Shown here: positions 61,108 through 64,000 of the stretch, in pieces
Numbering within the stretch: the stretch's first letter is position 1
Layout: each line of letters begins with the position of its first letter
DNA from: Craspedostauros australis
Lineage: Eukaryota
NCBI GenBank assembly: GCA_030167865.1
Contig: JALAGF010005880.1
Location: 1 to 64,000 of the forward strand
Direction of reading: 5' to 3'
Length of the DNA stretch: 64,000 bases
The notes under the pieces: model-generated
Seen by the model: only the letters and a program-made list of their open reading frames with translations
Told to the model about the DNA's origin: nothing
The model's database searches: none
Position numbers and translations under genes: made by a program

Positions 61108-62480
61108 TCACAATCCAGTGAGGAACTCTTTGCCCAAACTCTGGAGCTTGTTGACTGCCATGATGGTTGAGACGGCGGCTTTGAACTTCCTCTTCGCGTT
61201 GAACCTTCTGAACTCCTTTAGGTTGACCCCGAGATCCTTCTTCGCCAGCGATGCGTCGTCGCCCTTGATCCATGGATTTTGCAGTGCCTGCGCGGCATCT
61301 AGGCGGCGACTTGGGTTGACCGTCAGAAGAGATGAGATTAGATCCTTGGCCTCCGATGAGACTGTGCCCCAGTACTCCTCATGGAATTCGTACTCGCCCC
61401 GTCGAATCTTTCGGAACAAGTCACGTTGGGTGCTTTCAATGAAGGGTGGGTAACCCCCGAGCAGGATGTAAAGAATGACTCCGACGGACCACATGTCAGC
61501 ACGCTGGTCGTACGGCGTGCCCTCAAGGATTTCCGGGGCGACGTACCCCGGGGTTCCGCACTGCGTGGTGAGGCAACATTCCTCACGACATTTCTTGGCG
61601 AATCCAAAGTCCGCAATCTTGACGGCGGAGTCGTCGTCCTGGCTAAGGAGTAGGAGGTTCTCTGGTTTTAGATCGCGGTGGGCGACGCTGTTTGAATGCA
61701 TGTAACCAACGGCCTCGAGGAGGATTTTGCAGGTATCTCGTGCCTCTTTTTCATTGTAGTATGCCTTTGCGACGATTCGATCGAAAAGCTCACCACCGCG
61801 CATTTGTTCCATAATGAGGTAATAGGTCGATGGCTCAGTGAAGAAATCGTACAATCGGATGATGTGACCCTGCTTCATTTCCTTCAGGATGGCAACTTCG
61901 TCCAACAAAGCCGCCTCATCCTCTTCGGAAAGCTTTGCTCTGTTCACGCATTTCACCGCATAGGAGATGCCCGTGTTCGATCGATGATAACCCTCGCGGA
62001 CGGTCGAGAATGCTCCAGTTCCGAGCTGAAGAAAGTAGGCAGAATGGGGATAGGGACGAGATGGGCGGGTTTGATGAGAGATGTGAAGCAAATGATTCGA
62101 TGATAATGCAACCAGTTGCAGCCTCGTATCCTTCCTCTGCGAATGCAAGCAAAGCTCGGGACAAACGCATGCCCGAGGCTCTGCTTCTGATGAACTCAAG
62201 TTTGAACTCAGGCCCTTTTGGATGAGGGCACAGCACAGCCCAGCCCAACATGATACGATACGATACAGCATAATATAGCATGGCCAAAAGTGCTGCACAA
62301 TGCCGAACCAGGACACGAGAAGATGATCGCCGACAACAGTAATCGCGACTCGCGACTTACCACTCCCTTTAACCGATACAGTTCATCGAATCGTTTTCCG
62401 CTGCTGGCATCTGGCTGCGGAACGTCCACTCTGTGTTCGTCGTCCAAGTCCTCCTTCGAGCTCTTCGCGTGAGATGGCAT
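61108..62480 (-). CDS. Ca2+/calmodulin-dependent-like Ser/Thr protein kinase (CaMK group)
   Basis: Exons 62480-62361 and 62025-61108. LGTGAFSTV, YAVK, HRDLKPEN, DFG, CGTPGYVAPE, and CaM-binding tail FRRFNAKRKFKAAV. Confidence 0.95.
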
Positions 62481-64000
62481 CCTGCACGTTGCCCCGTCTC
62501 TTTGTTGTCGTTGTCGTTGTCGATGTCGTCTCTGCCTCGCGTTACCGAATCAGAACTCGCGCTACTGATGGTTGCTGTCGATGTTACTGTCGGCTCTATT
62601 TGTATCGTCAGGTCGGCTTCTCTGAGGTAAGGCAGTCGCGAACCTTTTGATTCCAGCTTGACTACTCTATGCAGCAGCAAATGCAATTGATTGTCCTTCG
62701 CAAGTGTCACTCCCTCGTGCACTGTCTATCTGTATCCTAGCCTCGCTTGTCGGTTTGTTTGTTTGTTTGCTTGTTGCTCGTTGCTATTGTCGCCTGGTGG
62801 TCGATGTGCCTTTTTGTCTGCGTCCTGCGCTGTTGCTCGGTCTGTGTCGACGACCCAACACGAACCGAGATGCCTCCCACCCCAGAAATCGCCGCCCCTG
62901 CGCCGCTCTCGGCTCTCGCTGCTCTCTGCGGAGATCGTACCACACACAGCGCGCGTAGGGATAGTACGACAACAAGCCACAACTGCTGACACCAGAGAAG
63001 ACCAAACTGGCACATCAAACGAAGAACAGACCTGTTTGTCCCAAACGAAAAAGATGTGTCTGCGTTGCGAAAGTCATTCCCCAGACCAAGATGACCCTTC
63101 CCCGATCCGAAAAGAGAAAGGGACTTATTCTGTATACGATTAGTCGATCTTGTCGTCAAATTTCATGAATCGAAGTCTTCACATGACTCGAATGTGGTAT
63201 TCGTGATTGACGTGATGCGCATGAATGATCATGTCATTCATGCTCCAGGCACGCGCCACCCACGCTCCCACCGCGATGCAACACGTCTGAATGACACATG
63301 CCGACATCGAGAAAGCCGCGTGCACAGCAACCAGTTGACCATGGCCGCCACTTGGATGACACAACAAGAACCCGGCTCGGGGTGGCCAATGCGAGCGTCA
63401 CAAGAACTGTCACAGAACAGAACGAATGTGGAAGAACTGGACAAGAAGCAGCAGCGACACGCATGTGATCCGTGCCTGTGTCTGACTCTCTTTGCGCATC
63501 CACCGGTCGTGTTGCCGACTTCGACATGACTGGCATTGTTGCCGAAAGACTCGTGCGTGCCAAGTCCGAGTGCTCTGCGATTACGAACATGAGCTGTGTT
63601 TCTCATTAAAAACGAAACCGTCCAGCAATTCACAAAAGCAATTGCGCGTCCTCAGCTCGGCTCCAAGGCTCAAAGCGACCTCCGATCGGCGCCCAAGGCA
63701 ATCCGACAACACTCCTCGACCCCAGAACGTGCACAACAACTCATCTCCGACAGGCATACCTTCATCAATCCCAATCCCAATCTAAACCAAAGACAATACT
63801 ATTCTTCAACACTACAATACCTTGTGGAAAGCGTACAATGACGGAGAAAACTTTCGCAACAAAGATGCGCAGAATGCCAAAGCATTCGGCTCGCCCACTG
63901 ATCTTGAGCAAGATCCTCGCGGTCGTGCTGCTTTTCGCATTTCAACACATGGCGATGGTGTGCGCCTTCCACGCATCTTTCACTCCACAGCGCCAATCAC

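Noticed and set aside
62500..64000. Short ORFs at the window end
   Set aside because: No motifs; consistent with the kinase 5' UTR/promoter and intergenic DNA.

Overview
Eukaryotic nuclear DNA, most consistent with a pennate diatom (CoDi-type Copia elements, compact genes with GT-AG introns of about 245-590 bp). The first ~15.4 kb is a nested retrotransposon cluster. It holds a decayed minus-strand Copia with a half-tRNA-Lys primer site, a plus-strand gag-like remnant ending in a PPT and candidate LTR, and an open ~2400-aa Copia gag-pol. That polyprotein carries two unexpected inserts: a hydrophobic, probably membrane-spanning block between Gag and protease, and ~300 aa of helical-looking cargo between integrase and RT bounded by repeated EH[H/N] motifs. 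Three 50-N gaps are flanked by duplicated sequence, which I read as assembly overlaps. The rest is gene-dense: ataxin-2/PBP1, LETM1-like, ABCE1, DUF1764, DIM1, a large myristoylated WW protein, a Tim17-like protein, BMT2-like methyltransferase, a PARP3-like protein with WGR-WWE-WGR, a GST pseudogene, an Na+/H+ exchanger, a NifS/SCLY-like PLP enzyme, p24, a TM-PDZ protein and a CaMK-like kinase. A ~5 kb low-GC, ORF-poor island lies at ~38.8-43.7 kb. All calls come from reading motifs by eye; no searches were run.
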